Origin: Chromera velia
Lineage: Eukaryota
Length of the DNA stretch: 48,601 bases
Reading direction: 5' to 3'
Assembly: GCA_018398765.1 (NCBI GenBank)
Contig: JAHBMJ010000411.1
Coordinates: forward strand, 1 to 48,601
Below the pieces are notes generated by a model, which did not search any database, was not told where the DNA came from, and saw only the letters and a list, made by a program, of their open reading frames with translations. Below, piece by piece: positions 47,153 to 48,601 of this stretch. Numbering within the stretch: position 1 is the stretch's first letter; every line of letters starts with the position of its first letter. Both the position numbers and the translations under genes were made by a program.

Positions 47153-47941
47153 AATACAGACAGACAGACAGGTAAGAGATATGCACAGGCATATAAGAGA
47201 CAGACTATATGTTTCTTCTTCTTCTCCCTCTTTTTCTTCATAAGAGACAGACTATATGTTTCTTCTTCTCCCTTCTTTTCTTCATAAGAGACAGACAGGC
47301 AGACAGACAGACAGACAGAAATACAGACAGACAGACAGACTCACAGACAGCAAAACGGCCAAAAAAAGAAAGCGACACCGTCAGCGAGACGAAGCCCGGT
47401 CCCTCTCTCTTTCAATCTCTTTCTACGTCTTTGTCTCTGCCTCTCTTACTGCCCTCATTCATTCCCTCACGCACTTGCTGCTGATGTGCACCCCCATTTT
47501 GGCGTGCATCCAGTGGGACGACGAGAGGAGAGACCGGAACCTCTTCTGAAAACACGAGAGCAGCCCAATGCTGTCCTGCAGACAGACAAAGTTTAGGCAA
47601 CGAAAGACGGCGGGGAGGGAGGGCAGCCCATAAGAGAGTGAGGAAATAAACGAAGGAAGGGGCAATACAAGGCAGGACGAACGTAAGAGACAACTTAACG
47701 AAAAATGGTCAAGGGAACAAGCAAAGAAAAAAGGGAAGCAAGAAGGCCAAAAAACCAGATCCAGCCCTCCTTGTGCGTCCCTCCTCCCACATGCAGACCG
47801 ACATACCTGCACTTCCTTCTGCCACAGCCTTGCCAGGTCGTTCTGGACGGAAATTCTTTTCTGCTCGTCCCCCGACGCCTTTGCCGTCTCATAGTCCACT
47901 CTGTATCCCTTGGCAACATTGTCGAATCCGTCCTGTGCCAC
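43928..47941 (-). CDS. Multi-exon hypothetical protein, 5' end unresolved; weak RAP-domain-like segment
   Basis: Open exon-like segments bounded by CAG/GT: MAQDGFDNVAKGYRVDYE...LWQKE, DSIGLLSCFQKRF..., YFLLARALLKTLVHMKERVW..., CFHEYPPRDVMRTALKL..., HEVHQCLTKCFGL...PFQKANLLITHKLIIECDA, and final CVAACLYNPKD...GLAT*. The exon chain is not fully reconstructed. Confidence 0.5.
44026..44143. mobile_element. Short insert family copy D with 38-bp flanking direct duplication
   Basis: Repeats 44026-44063 and 44106-44143 (3 mismatches); insert CGTTCATTTTCAAACAGAATTCTTTTTGTGTACGAAAGTAAA. Confidence 0.75.
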
Positions 47942-48264
47942 GGCCTGCCAAGGGTCCTTGAAGCTCCTGCGGGGAGGTGACGGCAGGCAGGCTGAATTGA
48001 AACTAATAGGAGAAGGTAGGAATGCAGGCAGGCTGAATTAAAACTGATACACCACCCGGCTGTGTGGGCGAAGTTCTAAGCACAATCATCGTGTCGTTTT
48101 AAGGCGACAGCTTGGTTTCAAACTTCTTGGCTGCGAAAGGTCCTTCTGGCACAACGTTTCGGTTTGAGAAGAAGAAAAGAGAAGATTCAGCTGACTAGCT
48201 GGTAAGTGATCAGAAGTCAGACCGACAGAGACTCACAGCTACCGACGGAGAAGTTTGGAGATGG

Positions 48265-48281
48265 ACACGCACACACACGGA

Positions 48282-48315
<34 letters not shown>

Positions 48316-48443
48316 GAGACACGCACACCCACCCACACACACACACACACAGAGAGAGAGACACGCACACCCACACACACACACAAACACACACACACAC
48401 ACGCACGCACACACACACAAACACACACACACATACACACTCA

Positions 48444-48482
<39 letters not shown>

Positions 48483-48525
48483 ACACACACATGCACACTC
48501 ACACACACACACGGACACACATACA

Positions 48526-48592
<67 letters not shown>

Positions 48593-48601
48593 ACACACAC
48601 A
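48265..48601. repeat. Long imperfect (CA)n microsatellite
   Basis: About 340 bp of CA repeats running to the end of the window. Confidence 0.95.

Overview
Eukaryotic nuclear DNA with GC-rich exons and introns full of (CA)n, (CT)n, (GACA)n and (CTTT)n repeats. Frequent GTCAGT/GTCGGT donors and TGCATGCA motifs suggest a chromerid alveolate such as Chromera velia (inference only). Genes reconstructed by hand: a 5'-truncated multi-exon hypothetical gene (+, 1-5422); a one-LRR-per-exon gene (-, 6274-~12016) divergent from RPS25 (+, 12996-13546, 3 exons); a disrupted membrane hybrid histidine kinase (+, 23320-26212); a multi-exon tandem-GAF protein gene (-, 26949-37680) divergent from intronless ESS2/DGCR14 (+, 38385-40538); and a multi-exon hypothetical gene (-, ~43928 to beyond 47941). 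AT-rich intergenic blocks hold decayed mobile DNA: a hAT-type MITE with a perfect 8-bp TSD, and a TIR element containing a LINE fragment. The most unusual observation is a family of tiny (42-75 bp) related inserts with core TTTCATACAGAATT and, in most copies, an inverted TATGAAA(G/A)TAAA arm. It occurs four times, each flanked by a 30-54 bp direct duplication of unrelated host sequence, and every duplication straddles a predicted exon-intron junction.
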